Origin: Halobacteriaceae archaeon GCM10025711
GTDB lineage: Archaea; Halobacteriota; Halobacteria; Halobacteriales; Halobacteriaceae
Direction of reading: 5' to 3'
Length of the DNA stretch: 32,000 nt
Assembly: GCA_042662785.1 (NCBI GenBank)
Contig: JBHSYX010000001.1
Span: forward strand, 273,679 to 305,678
This document shows positions 1 to 10,932 of this stretch, piece by piece. Both the position numbers and the translations under genes were made by a program. The notes below the pieces were generated by a model that searched no databases, was not told where the DNA came from, and saw nothing but the letters and a program-made list of their open reading frames with translations. The number at the start of each line of letters is the position of its first letter. Position 1 is the first letter of the stretch.

Positions 1-738
1 TCGGACCCGGTGTCGCAGGCGGTGTTCCTCGTCGTCGTGCTCGTCGGCGCGGGGCTGGCCGCACTGCTGCTCGTCCCGGTCGGCGCGTTCCTGGAGACCA
101 CCCTGTTCAGACCCATCTACGACCGAGACGACGTCTACCAGCTCGTGCTCACGTTCGCACTGCTGCTCATCATCAAGGACGTGAACAAGCTCGTCTGGGG
201 GCCGACGTCGCTCCGCCTCCAGGGCGTCTACAGCGGCATCAACTCCATCCCGCTCGCGACCTACGTCGGGCTGACCTACCCGACGTACAACGTCGTCATC
301 ATCCTGGTGGGCGCGGTGGTGGTCGTCGCCCTGTTCTACTTCTTCAACCGGACGCGCACCGGCCGCATCATCCGGGCGACCGCCATCGACCGCGAGATGG
401 CGACCGCCATCGGGGTGAACACCACGCGCACGTTCACGCTCGTGTTCGCGCTCGGCACGTTCTTCGCCGGGTTCGCGGGCGCGATGTTCCTGCCGCCGAC
501 CAACGCCAGCCTCTCGATGGGCGCGAAGCCGCTGGTGCTGTCGTTCGTCGTCATCGTCATCGGCGGCCTCGGCAGCCTCCGCGGCGCGTTCGTCGGCGCG
601 CTCCTCGTCGGCGTCCTGAGCCGGTGGGCCATCTGGCAGTACCCGCCCGCGGAACTCGCGGTGCCGTTCGCCATCATGGCCGTCATCCTGCTCGTGAAAC
701 CCGATGGCCTCTTCGGCACGTGGGGTGAGACCGCATGA
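1..738 (+). CDS. livH: Branched-chain amino acid ABC transporter permease (LivH family), 5' end truncated by window edge
   Basis: Frame 1 is open from nt 1 with no upstream stop. The product is hydrophobic and polytopic. Its stop TGA at 736-738 overlaps the next ATG at 735 (ATGA). LivM-, LivG- and LivF-like genes follow in the canonical order. Confidence 0.85.
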   Translation, partial: SDPVSQAVFLVVVLVGAGLAALLLVPVGAFLETTLFRPIYDRDDVYQLVLTFALLLIIKDVNKLVWGPTSLRLQGVYSGINSIPLATYVGLTYPTYNVVIILVGAVVVVALFYFFNRTRTGRIIRATAIDREMATAIGVNTTRTFTLVFALGTFFAGFAGAMFLPPTNASLSMGAKPLVLSFVVIVIGGLGSLRGAFVGALLVGVLSRWAIWQYPPAELAVPFAIMAVILLVKPDGLFGTWGETA

Positions 739-1865
739 GCCGCGACTGGGGACCCGGACTCGTCGACCGCGACGGCGAACGCCACGTCCGCGTCATGCGC
801 GGCCTCGAACTCACCACCCGCCAGGCCGGGCTGGCCGCCGTCGGCCTCGTCCTGCTGTTCGCGGTGCCGGACATCGTGAAGATAACGCCGGCACTCCAGT
901 TGAGCGTCATCCACCAGGGCGTGCTGTTCGGCTTCGCCGCGGTGGGCCTGAACCTCCTGTTGCGCCACACGCGACTCGTGTCGTTCGGCCACGCCGCGTT
1001 CTTCGGCACCGGCGCGTACACCGCCGCGGTGCTCGCCGCGAAGTACGACGTCTCCTCGATGCTCGTGCTGCTCGCCGCCGCGCTGGTGCTGGCGGGGCTG
1101 ATGGCCGTCGCCATCGGCTTCCTCTCGCTCCGCCACACCGGGCTCTACTTCTCGCTGTTGACGCTCGCGTTCGGACAGCTGCTCTACGCGGTCGCCCAGA
1201 GCCAGTCCTTCTTCGGCTCCAGCGACGGCCTGCCGGTCCGGCCCGGCGCGGCGAACAAACCCCTCATCTTCGGGGTTGCCTTCGAGTCCGACGTGTACGC
1301 CGTCCTGCTCTACTACCTGACCATCCTGGTGGTCATCGCGGGGCTGCTCGTGATGTGGCGGCTGGCGAACTCGCCGTTCGGCAACGCGCTCGACGCCATC
1401 GGCCAGGACCGCACCCGCGCCCGGTTCATCGGCATCCCGGTCCGCCGGTACGTCTGGACCGCGTTCGTCATCTCCGGGCTCTACGGCGGCGTCGCCGGCG
1501 CGTTCTACGCGATGGTCCAGCAGCACGTCCGCCCGGAGCCCGTGCTCTACTTCCTCCGGTCGGGCGACATCCTGTTCATGGCCATCCTCGGCGGCTACCA
1601 GACGCTCCTGGGGCCGCTCGTCGGCGGCATCCTCCTGGTGTTCCTCCAGGACGTCGGCCGCGACGTCACGCCGTACTTCGACGCGCTGACCGGCCTGGTG
1701 CTGCTCGCGCTGGTGTTCGGCTTCCCGAGCGGCATCGTCGGGTCGCTCCAGTCCGGCGGCCGCATCCGCGAGGGTTTCGGCGCGTTCCGCGAGGACCCGA
1801 CCGTGGTCGCCGACTGGCTCGGGCGGACCGCCAGCGCCATCACCGCGAAACTGGGGGTGCGCTGA
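735..1865 (+). CDS. livM: Branched-chain amino acid ABC transporter permease (LivM family)
   Basis: 376-aa multi-TM protein with an ATGA overlap to livH. It sits in the second-permease position of a liv-type operon, and the ATPase gene starts 1 nt after its stop. Confidence 0.85.
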   Translation: MSRDWGPGLVDRDGERHVRVMRGLELTTRQAGLAAVGLVLLFAVPDIVKITPALQLSVIHQGVLFGFAAVGLNLLLRHTRLVSFGHAAFFGTGAYTAAVLAAKYDVSSMLVLLAAALVLAGLMAVAIGFLSLRHTGLYFSLLTLAFGQLLYAVAQSQSFFGSSDGLPVRPGAANKPLIFGVAFESDVYAVLLYYLTILVVIAGLLVMWRLANSPFGNALDAIGQDRTRARFIGIPVRRYVWTAFVISGLYGGVAGAFYAMVQQHVRPEPVLYFLRSGDILFMAILGGYQTLLGPLVGGILLVFLQDVGRDVTPYFDALTGLVLLALVFGFPSGIVGSLQSGGRIREGFGAFREDPTVVADWLGRTASAITAKLGVR

Positions 1866-1866
1866 G

Positions 1867-2616
1867 ATGCTGGAAGCGCACAACCTCTCGAAGTCGTTCG
1901 GCAGCCTGCTCGCCACCGACGACGTCTCCCTGGAGTTCGGGCGCGAGGAGGGCGAGATGGTGTTCATCGTCGGCCCGAACGGCGCGGGCAAGACCACGCT
2001 CGTGAACCTCCTGACCGGCCACCTCGAACCCGACGAGGGCGCGGTGGTGCTCGACGGCGACGACGTCACCGACCGGACGCCCGACGAGCGCGTCCACGCG
2101 GGCCTGGTCCGGAGCTTCCAGGTCGTGAAGCTGTTCGAGGAGATGACCGTCCGCGAGAACCTCCGGACGGCCGTGCTGTCGAAGCGCGGCGTCACCCGGA
2201 GCATGTTCAGCCTCCGCGACGAACACCCCGAGGTCGAGTCCGCGGTGGACGACCTGCTGGAGCGGTTCCGGCTCACCGACCGCGCGGACGCCGTCGCCGA
2301 GGAACTCCCGCACGGCGACCGGAAGCTCCTCGACGTCGCGATGAGCTTCGGCCTCGACCCGTCCTACCTCCTGCTCGACGAACCGACCGCGGGCGTCTCC
2401 ACCCGCGAGAAGGAGTACGTCATCGACACCATCGCCGAGGTGGGGCGCGAGGAGGGCGTCACCACCGTCACCATCGAACACGACATGGACATCGTCACCG
2501 AGTACGCGGACCGCGTCGTCGCACTCCACCAGGGCCAGGTCCACGGGCAGGGACCGCCGTCCATCCTCGAAACCGACCGCGAACTCCGCAGCCTCCTGCT
2601 GGGGGTGGACGAATGA
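1867..2616 (+). CDS. livG: Branched-chain amino acid ABC transporter ATP-binding protein (LivG family)
   Basis: Walker A GPNGAGKTT, Walker B LLLDEPTAG and an H-loop (IEHDM). The length (249 aa) and operon position are typical of LivG. Confidence 0.9.
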   Translation: MLEAHNLSKSFGSLLATDDVSLEFGREEGEMVFIVGPNGAGKTTLVNLLTGHLEPDEGAVVLDGDDVTDRTPDERVHAGLVRSFQVVKLFEEMTVRENLRTAVLSKRGVTRSMFSLRDEHPEVESAVDDLLERFRLTDRADAVAEELPHGDRKLLDVAMSFGLDPSYLLLDEPTAGVSTREKEYVIDTIAEVGREEGVTTVTIEHDMDIVTEYADRVVALHQGQVHGQGPPSILETDRELRSLLLGVDE

Positions 2617-3347
2617 CCGACCCGCTGCTCGAACTCCGGGGCGTCGACGCCGCCGTCGAGGGGTTCCCGGTCAGCCACGACCTCGACCTGACGGTCGACG
2701 AGGGCGAGGCCGTCGGCCTGGTCGGCCGCAACGGCGCGGGCAAGACCACCACCTTCCGGGCCATCATGGGGCTCACGGAGGTGCTCGACGGTAGCATCTC
2801 GTTCCGCGGCCAGGAGCTCACGGAGATGAGCCCCGACCGGATTCCGGGGCTCGGCATCGGCTACCAGCCCGAGGACCGCCGGCTGTTCACGGGGATGACC
2901 GTCGAGGAGAACTTCCGGCTGCCCATCTGGACGGCGGGCGCCGACCGCGGCGTCGACGACGAGGACGCCGTCGTCGAGAGCGTCTTCGACGTGTTCTCCG
3001 AACTCCGGGACCGCCGGGACGCCAACGTCGAGAACCTGAGCGGCGGCCAGGCGAAGATGGCCGCCATCGGCCGGGCGCTCGCGCTCCAGCCCGACCTGCT
3101 CCTCCTCGACGAACCGCTCGAAGGCCTCGCACCCATCGTGGTGTCGAACCTCAAGGAGTACATCCGCGACATCAACGACCGCGGCATCGCGGTGCTCGTC
3201 GCGGAGTCGAACGTCCAGCACGTCCCGGACGTGGTCGACCGCATCTACGTCATCGAGCGCGGCGAGATCGTCGCGAGCGGCGACCCCGACTCGCTGGCCG
3301 AACAGGAGGACATCCAGAAGCTGATGCAGGGCAGCGGGAACGAGTAG
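2613..3347 (+). CDS. livF: Branched-chain amino acid ABC transporter ATP-binding protein (LivF family)
   Basis: Walker A GRNGAGKTT, signature LSGGQAKM and Walker B LLLLDEP. There is an ATGA overlap with livG at 2613-2616. Confidence 0.9.
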   Translation: MTDPLLELRGVDAAVEGFPVSHDLDLTVDEGEAVGLVGRNGAGKTTTFRAIMGLTEVLDGSISFRGQELTEMSPDRIPGLGIGYQPEDRRLFTGMTVEENFRLPIWTAGADRGVDDEDAVVESVFDVFSELRDRRDANVENLSGGQAKMAAIGRALALQPDLLLLDEPLEGLAPIVVSNLKEYIRDINDRGIAVLVAESNVQHVPDVVDRIYVIERGEIVASGDPDSLAEQEDIQKLMQGSGNE

Positions 3348-3372
3348 CTCCGACGCGAGGCGGAGACTCCAG

Positions 3373-5018
3373 CTACCTCGACTGCTCGCGCTCGCGTAGC
3401 TCCTTCCGCTGTATCTTCCCGGTCGTCGTCTGCGGCAGGCTCTCCACGAACTCGATCTGCCGAGGGTACTCGTACTTCGCGAGGCTGTCGCGCACGACGT
3501 CGCGTATCTCCTCGCGGAGCGCGTCCGAGCCCTCGACGCCCCGGACCGGCTGGACGAACGCCTTGATGACCTCGCCGCGGGTCTCGTCGGGGACGCCGAC
3601 GACGCCCACCTGTTCGACGGCCTCGTGTTCGAGGATGGCCTTCTCCACCTCGCCGGGGCCGACGCGGTAGCCGGCCGTGATGATGAGGTCGTCGTCCCGG
3701 GACTTGAACCAGACGTAGCCGTCGTCGTCCTGCTCGGCGAGGTCGCCGGTCAGGTGCCAGTCGCCGACGCGCGTGCCCGCGGTCTTCTCCGGCTCCTCCA
3801 GTACTCCTCGAAGATGACCGGGTCGCCGCGCACGTCGACGGCTATCTCGCCCACCTCGCCCCGGGGCTGCTCCTCGCCGGTCTCGGGGTCGACGACGGCG
3901 ACGTCGTGGCCGGGGACGGGTTTGCCCATGCTGCCGGGCCGCGCCTCGAACCAGTCCTGGCAGTTCACGACGAGCAGGTTCGCCTCGGTCTGGCCGTATA
4001 TCTCGTTGACGACGACGCCCGCGAGTTCGTCGTCCGCCCACTCCAGTATCTCCGGGGTGAGCGGTTCGCCGCCCGAGCAGACCGCGTCGAGGTCGAGGTC
4101 GTAGCGCTCGGCGGGGGCCTCGACCTCCATCATCATGCGGATGGCGGTCGGCGGGAGGAACGCGTCGGTGACGCCGAACTCCGCGAGCAGTTCGAACGCC
4201 TCGTGGGGGTCGAACTTCCCCATCGGGTAGCCGACGACCGGGCGGCCGTAGTGCCACGCCGGGAAGACGAGGTCGCCGAGCGCCCCGATCCACGCCCAGT
4301 CGGCGGGCGTCCACGCCACCGTCTTCCCGAGCACGTCTCGCTCGAAGTACATGTAGAAGGCGGGCACGTGCCCGAGGAACACGTCGTGGGTGTGGAGGGC
4401 GCCCTTCGGCGGGCCGGTGCTCCCGCTGGTGTAGATGATGATGGCGGGCGTGTCGGCGTCGGTGTCGGCCACGTCGAACGTCCTTGGCTGGTCGGCGACC
4501 AGGTCGTCGAAGGCGAGCGCGTCGCCCGGCGCATCGCCGTCCACCTCGATGCGGTGGGCGAGGTCGGGCGCGTCGGCGGCGACGGCCGCGACGGTGTCGC
4601 GGACGCTGGCGTCGTAGACGACCGCCGACGCGCCGCTGTGCTCCAGGCGGTAGCCCAGGGCGTCCTCGCCGAACAGCACCGAGAGCGGGACGGAGATGGC
4701 GCCGAGTTTCCAGCACGCGAGGTGGGTGACGAGGTTCGCCGGCTTCTGCGGGACTACCACGCCGACCCGGTCGCCGCGTTCGACGCCGAGGTCTGCGAGG
4801 GCGTTCGCCATCCGGTTCGTGAGCACGTCGAGGTCGTGGAAGGTGTAGGTCTCACGGCGGCCGTCGGGGTAGGCCTGGAACAGCGCGACCGACCCCTTCG
4901 GGTCGTCGTGTTTCCCCAGCAGGTCCTCGGCGATGTTGTAGCCGTCGGGGACCTCCCAGGTGAACGCGTCGCGGGCGGCCTCGTAGGTGTCCTCGTCGAG
5001 CGTGAGGTGCCACGTCAT
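3373..5018 (-). pseudogene. AMP-forming acyl-CoA synthetase / AMP-dependent ligase, interrupted by a 1-nt frameshift near 3793-3800 (possibly a sequencing error)
   Basis: The N-terminal part is in ORF 3750..5069 (YTSGSTGPPKG, YGQTE, ...GDPVIFEEYW). The C-terminal part is in ORF 3373..4716 (EPEKTAGTRVGDWHLTGD...GYRVGPGEVE...TTTGKIQRKELR). The span is 1646 nt, which is 2 mod 3. Adding one base after the TGG codon, for example TGG-GAG-GAG, restores a 548-aa protein. The start is taken at MTWHLTLDED (5018) rather than the first ATG at 5069. Confidence 0.85.
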
Positions 5019-5154
5019 ACCACCGGTACCGTCGCTCCAGCCATCTAACCTCGGGTTAACATGTTTCACCCGACAGCGACGCCCCTGCGACCGCGCGCGT
5101 CTGCGCCGTCGTCACACGCTACCGACCCCCGCGCCCGCTCGCGGTAAGCCCATC

Positions 5155-5162
5155 AGTTTAAA
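5155..5162 (+). promoter_or_regulatory. TATA-like box (GTTTAAAC) upstream of the KH-domain gene
   Basis: AT-rich octamer in a GC-rich spacer. It lies 19-26 nt upstream of ATG 5181 and 25-32 nt upstream of ATG 5187, which fits haloarchaeal leaderless geometry. Confidence 0.4.
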
Positions 5163-5180
5163 CCGCGCCGTCTCATACGC

Positions 5181-5738
5181 ATGGACATGCAACACGTGAA
5201 GATTCCGCAGGACCGGATCGGCGTGCTCATCGGCGAAGGAGGTGAAACCATGCGCCGCATCGAGCACGAGGCCGAGGTCCGCCTCGACATCGACTCCCAG
5301 AACGGGTCGGTGGCCGTCGAATCCGTGGGCGACCCGCTCGTCGGCATCAAGGGCCCCGACGTGGTCCGGGCCATCGGGCGCGGGTTCAAGCCCGACGAGG
5401 CGCTCCGCCTCCTCGACGACGACATGATGATGTTCGAACTCATCGACATCGACGCCGCCACCCGCAACGAGAACGACCTCCGCCGGCAGAAGGGCCGCCT
5501 CATCGGCGAGAACGGCCGCACCCGACAGCTGATGGAGGAGCTCACGGGCGCCGACGTCGTCATCTACGGCTCGACGATGGGCATCATCGGCCAGCCCAAG
5601 CAGGTGGACATCGTCCGCCGGGCCGCCGAGATGATCCTCGACGGCGCGCCCCACGGCGCCGTCTACTCGTTCCTGGAGCGCAAGCGCACCGAGGAGATCA
5701 AGCACAGCGGGATGGAGTACCACGAGTTCTCCGGCTGA
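5181..5738 (+). CDS. KH-domain RNA-binding protein (archaeal Dim2/Pno1-like, COG1094 type)
   Basis: IPQDRIGVLIGEGGETMRRIE and GRLIGENGRTRQLMEELTG are two KH-type GXXG motifs. The ~185-aa size is typical of archaeal Dim2p-like proteins. An alternative start at 5187 (MQHV) fits the TATA spacing slightly better. Confidence 0.8.
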   Translation: MDMQHVKIPQDRIGVLIGEGGETMRRIEHEAEVRLDIDSQNGSVAVESVGDPLVGIKGPDVVRAIGRGFKPDEALRLLDDDMMMFELIDIDAATRNENDLRRQKGRLIGENGRTRQLMEELTGADVVIYGSTMGIIGQPKQVDIVRRAAEMILDGAPHGAVYSFLERKRTEEIKHSGMEYHEFSG

Positions 5739-5863
5739 CCGGTCCTGTTCTCGTCTCGTCCGGCGCTGTCGGGCCCCATCGATACTTAAGCGATTCTGTG
5801 TCATCGGCTCTCATACAGGTTTCCACGGGAGCGTCGCGGTTCCATCGACCGCATCCACAGCGC

Positions 5864-5870
5864 TTATATA
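5864..5870 (+). promoter_or_regulatory. TATA box (TTATATA) of the thermosome gene
   Basis: This is the only strongly AT-rich heptamer in the spacer, 28-34 nt upstream of ATG 5898. Confidence 0.5.
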
Positions 5871-5897
5871 GAATCACATTCAATCAACCGGTGAACC

Positions 5898-7573
<1,676 letters not shown>

Positions 7574-7695
7574 AGTCGGCCCGCGCCCACAGCCACTCCA
7601 GCACCTGACCGCTTCCGCACCGCATCGCTCTCGAACCACTGTCGGCCGAATCCCGCTTTCTTTCGGACTTACTCGGAAGCTGTTGGTTTCGACGA

Positions 7696-8892
7696 TTACA
7701 CGACCAGGTTCTCGCCGGTCTTCGCGTCGAAGAGGTGGGTGCTCTCCATCTCGACGGCGAGGGTGATGGTCTCGCCTGCGCGGGCGGTGCTGTCGCTGGA
7801 CACCCGCGCGGTGAACTCCGCGGTTTCGTCGTCCTGCCTGTCGAGTGGCGCCATCGTGAGGTCGAGGTGGGGCCCCATCGGTTCGACGACCTTCGTCACC
7901 GCCTCGAAGGTGCGGCCCTCGGCGGTGATACCCTGGAGGTCGGCGTCCGCGAAATGCTGGGGGCGGACGCCGAATTCGAGGGCGTCGGGGTCGCCGTCCC
8001 ACGAAGCGACCGCCTCCGAGGCGGCGTCCGGGAGGGCGAGGTCGAAGGCGTCGCACGAGACCCACCGGTCATCGTCGCGGTCGACGAGCGTCACGTCGAA
8101 AAAGTTCATCGGTGGTTCGCCGATGAAGCCCGCGACGAACCGATTCGCCGGCTGCTGGTAGACCACCTGGGGTGGCGCGAGCTGCTGTATCCGGCCGTCG
8201 TTCATCACGGCGACCCGGTCGCCGAGCGTCATCGCCTCGGCCTGGTCGTGCGTGACGTACACCGAGGTCTTCCCGACCCGGTCGTGGAGCTTGTTCAACT
8301 CGGTCCGCATTTGGATGCGGAGCTTCGCGTCGAGGTTCGAGAGCGGCTCGTCGAACAGGAACAGCTCGGGGTCGCGGACGACCGCCCGGCCGAGCGCGAC
8401 CCGCTGCTGCTGGCCGCCGGAGAGGTCGGAGGGTCGGCGTTCCAGTAGCTCCGGGATGTCGAGCATCTCGCTCACCGACGCGACGCGCGACTCGACCTCG
8501 TCGCCGGGGTAGCGCCGTATCTTGAGCGGGAACGAGATGTTCTCGCGCACGGTCTTGTGCGGGTAGAGCGCGTAGTTCTGGAACACCATCGCCACGTCGC
8601 GCTCGCGCGGGTCGAGCCCCGCGACGTCGACGCCGTTGATCTCGATGCGGCCCTCGGTCGGCTGTTCCAGGCCCGCCACCATGCGGAGCGTCGTCGTCTT
8701 CCCGCAGCCCGACGGCCCGACGAGGACGACGAACTCGCCGTCGTAAATCGTCAGCGAGACGTCGTCGACGGCGACCACCGCCGCGCCGCCTTCGTCGAAC
8801 ACCTTCGTCACGTTCTCCAGCCGAAGACTCACCGCCCGACTCCGGTCCTCGGCGCCCTCGTCGCCCGTCTCGCGTGATGCAGTGTCGCTCAT
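7696..8892 (-). CDS. Sugar-type ABC transporter ATP-binding protein (MalK/UgpC family)
   Basis: Walker A GPSGCGKTT, signature LSGGQQQRVALGRA, Walker B LFLFDEPLSNLD and a C-terminal MalK-like regulatory/TOBE-type domain. It is the last gene of the transporter cluster. Confidence 0.9.
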   Translation of the reverse strand: MSDTASRETGDEGAEDRSRAVSLRLENVTKVFDEGGAAVVAVDDVSLTIYDGEFVVLVGPSGCGKTTTLRMVAGLEQPTEGRIEINGVDVAGLDPRERDVAMVFQNYALYPHKTVRENISFPLKIRRYPGDEVESRVASVSEMLDIPELLERRPSDLSGGQQQRVALGRAVVRDPELFLFDEPLSNLDAKLRIQMRTELNKLHDRVGKTSVYVTHDQAEAMTLGDRVAVMNDGRIQQLAPPQVVYQQPANRFVAGFIGEPPMNFFDVTLVDRDDDRWVSCDAFDLALPDAASEAVASWDGDPDALEFGVRPQHFADADLQGITAEGRTFEAVTKVVEPMGPHLDLTMAPLDRQDDETAEFTARVSSDSTARAGETITLAVEMESTHLFDAKTGENLVV

Positions 8893-9025
8893 GTCGTTCT
8901 CACCCGTACAGAACTGCTCTCGGTCGCCGGTCGTCCGGCCGGCGGTCCGGGGCGCGGAGACGCGGCCGCCCGCCGCCCCGGTCGGTTCCGACTGCCCCGC
9001 CGCCCCGTCCGGTCGTGGCGGTCCG

Positions 9026-9955
9026 TCATCGCTTCAGCCCTCCCGTCAGGCCGACGACGATGTACCGCTGGAAGAAGAACACCACGAGCGCCGACGGGAT
9101 GGTCGCCACGACGGCGGCGGCCGCCATCGACGCCCACTGGATGGACGTGTCGCCGACGAACAGGAACGTGGCGACCGGAATCGTCATCGACTGGAGGTCG
9201 GTGCTCACGGTGAACGCGAACAGGAACTCCCGCCACGAGTAGAGGAACGTCAGGATGGTGCCTGCGGCGAAGCCCGGCAGCACCACCGGGAACACCACGT
9301 GCCGGAACGCCTGTATCTTCGTGCAGCCGTCGATGCGGGCCGCCTCGTCGAGTTCGCGCGGGATGGTGATGAAGAAGTTGCGCATGATGTAGATGACCAG
9401 CGGCAGCCAGAGGTAGACGTTCGCGACGACGATGCCGAGTTTCGCGTTGATGAGGCCGGTGACGCTCATGATGCGGAAGTAGGGGACGACCAGCCCGATG
9501 GGCGGGAACAGCCTGGTGAACAGGATGAACGTGAACACCAGGTTGTCGAACCGGAACCGGTACCGGCTGAAGACGTAGCCGGCGGGCGTCCCCAGCAGCA
9601 TCACGACGACCGTCGAGGCCGACGAGATGATGACGCTGTTCCGGACCGCCTTCCAGTAGCCGCGTTCGAACAGCGCGAGGTAGTAGCTCTCCAGCGTCGG
9701 GTTCGCGGGCAGGTACGTGAGACTGTAGACGGCGTCGTTGGTCTTCAGCGACGTCAGCAGCATCCACACGAGCGGTGCGACGATGAAGAACACCCCGAGG
9801 AACAGTACGAGGTGGACGACGTACGGGCTCTCGACGGCGTTCCAGAACCGCTGTCGCCGCCGGTAGCGTTTGAGTCCGAAGCTGTCGCGCACCGTCGTTC
9901 CGCCGTCGGTCGCCGGGTCGCGGTCGTCGGCCGGCGGCTCGGGTCCTCGACTCAT
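9026..9955 (-). CDS. Sugar ABC transporter permease (MalG/CUT1 family)
   Basis: 309-aa polytopic protein with the EAA-type loop (ELDEAARIDGCTKIQAFRHVVFPV). The ATG at 9955 overlaps the upstream permease stop (ATGA). The rest of track ORF 9026..11500 is a stop-free upstream extension. Confidence 0.88.
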   Translation of the reverse strand: MSRGPEPPADDRDPATDGGTTVRDSFGLKRYRRRQRFWNAVESPYVVHLVLFLGVFFIVAPLVWMLLTSLKTNDAVYSLTYLPANPTLESYYLALFERGYWKAVRNSVIISSASTVVVMLLGTPAGYVFSRYRFRFDNLVFTFILFTRLFPPIGLVVPYFRIMSVTGLINAKLGIVVANVYLWLPLVIYIMRNFFITIPRELDEAARIDGCTKIQAFRHVVFPVVLPGFAAGTILTFLYSWREFLFAFTVSTDLQSMTIPVATFLFVGDTSIQWASMAAAAVVATIPSALVVFFFQRYIVVGLTGGLKR

Positions 9956-10905
9956 TCTTCTATCTCCCGTATCTGTTCGAGGATGACGACGACGTAGACG
10001 GCGGCCACCACCAGCGTCACGGCCACGAGGAACACCGACACCGCCGACGCGAAGCCGTAGAGCGTCTGCTGGATGCCGAACCGGTAGATGTAGATGGCGA
10101 GCACCTCCGTCGCGCCCGCCGGGCCGCCGTTCGTCGTGGAGAACGGGATGGCGAACGCGCGGAACGCGAACATCCACGTGATGAGCCCCGCCACGAAAAA
10201 CGACGGCCGGAGGTACGGCAGCGTGACGTGGCGGAACGTCTGGAACGTCGTCGCGCCGTCGACCTTGGCGGCGTCGTACATCTCCTGTGGGATCGACTGG
10301 AGGCCCGCGAGTATCACGATGGCCGCGAACGGAATCCGCGACCACGAGTCCGCGAGGATGACGATGCCCATCGCCGTCAGGCCGTTGCCGAGCCACGAGT
10401 ACGACTCGGCGAGGACGCCCATGTCGAGCAGGAGCTTGTTCACGACGCCGAGCTGGCCGTTGAACATCCACCGCCAGGTCACGCCCACGATGGAGAGCGG
10501 CACCGCCCACGAGAGCAGGAGGAGCGTGGTGTAGGTGTCCCGGAGTCGCTTCCGGGCGACCTTGTCGAGTGCGAGTGCGAGCACCAGGCCGGCGACCATC
10601 GTGACGACGAACGACCCGACGGAGTACGCCAGCGTCTTCTCCGCGGCGTTCCAGAACGTCGGGTCCGTGAACATCCGCGTGTAGTTGTACGTCGGCGCGA
10701 ACTCGGAGCCGAGTCCGAACCCGAAGGTCCGCTGGAGCGAACTCCAGAGGAGGAACGCGACCGGGTAGACGAAGATGACGACGAGGCTCACCAGCGCCGG
10801 TCCGAGCAGCACGAGCCGGATGTGGTCGTTTGCGACCCGGGAGAGCCACTGCCTCGCGCGGCCGTAGCGCGTCTCCGGGGTGCGTCGATACGCTTCCGAG
10901 GCCAT
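9952..10905 (-). CDS. Sugar ABC transporter permease (MalF/CUT1 family)
   Basis: 317-aa polytopic protein with the EAA loop (EMYDAAKVDGATTFQTFRHVTLP). It lies between the substrate-binding protein gene and the second permease gene. Confidence 0.88.
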   Translation of the reverse strand: MASEAYRRTPETRYGRARQWLSRVANDHIRLVLLGPALVSLVVIFVYPVAFLLWSSLQRTFGFGLGSEFAPTYNYTRMFTDPTFWNAAEKTLAYSVGSFVVTMVAGLVLALALDKVARKRLRDTYTTLLLLSWAVPLSIVGVTWRWMFNGQLGVVNKLLLDMGVLAESYSWLGNGLTAMGIVILADSWSRIPFAAIVILAGLQSIPQEMYDAAKVDGATTFQTFRHVTLPYLRPSFFVAGLITWMFAFRAFAIPFSTTNGGPAGATEVLAIYIYRFGIQQTLYGFASAVSVFLVAVTLVVAAVYVVVILEQIREIEE

Positions 10906-10932
10906 TGTGAGTGAGTGGTGGGGCGTGCCCGC

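Noticed and set aside
336-2276. 646-aa ORF on the - strand antisense to livH/livM/livG
   Set aside because: The translation is Arg/Ser/Pro/Thr-rich low-complexity sequence with no motifs. It fully overlaps three well-supported transporter genes. Stop-free antisense frames are expected at this GC content.
3348-3372. Short inverted repeat CTCCG-N8-CGGAG between the convergent livF and acyl-CoA synthetase genes as a bidirectional terminator
   Set aside because: The stem is only 5 bp, there is no T-run on either strand, and stems of this size are frequent by chance in GC-rich DNA.
5836-5852. tRNA T-arm-like hairpin (GCGGT-TCCATCG-ACCGC) upstream of the thermosome gene
   Set aside because: The loop does not fit the TTCRANY consensus, and there is no acceptor, D or anticodon arm around it. 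No tRNA-like cloverleaf can be drawn in any intergenic region of the window.
5818-5863. TTCCAC-type repeats as origin recognition box (ORB) elements of a replication origin
   Set aside because: The elements are short and degenerate. There is no long inverted ORB pair, no AT-rich unwinding element and no adjacent orc1/cdc6 gene. Their position directly upstream of a TATA box favours a promoter role.
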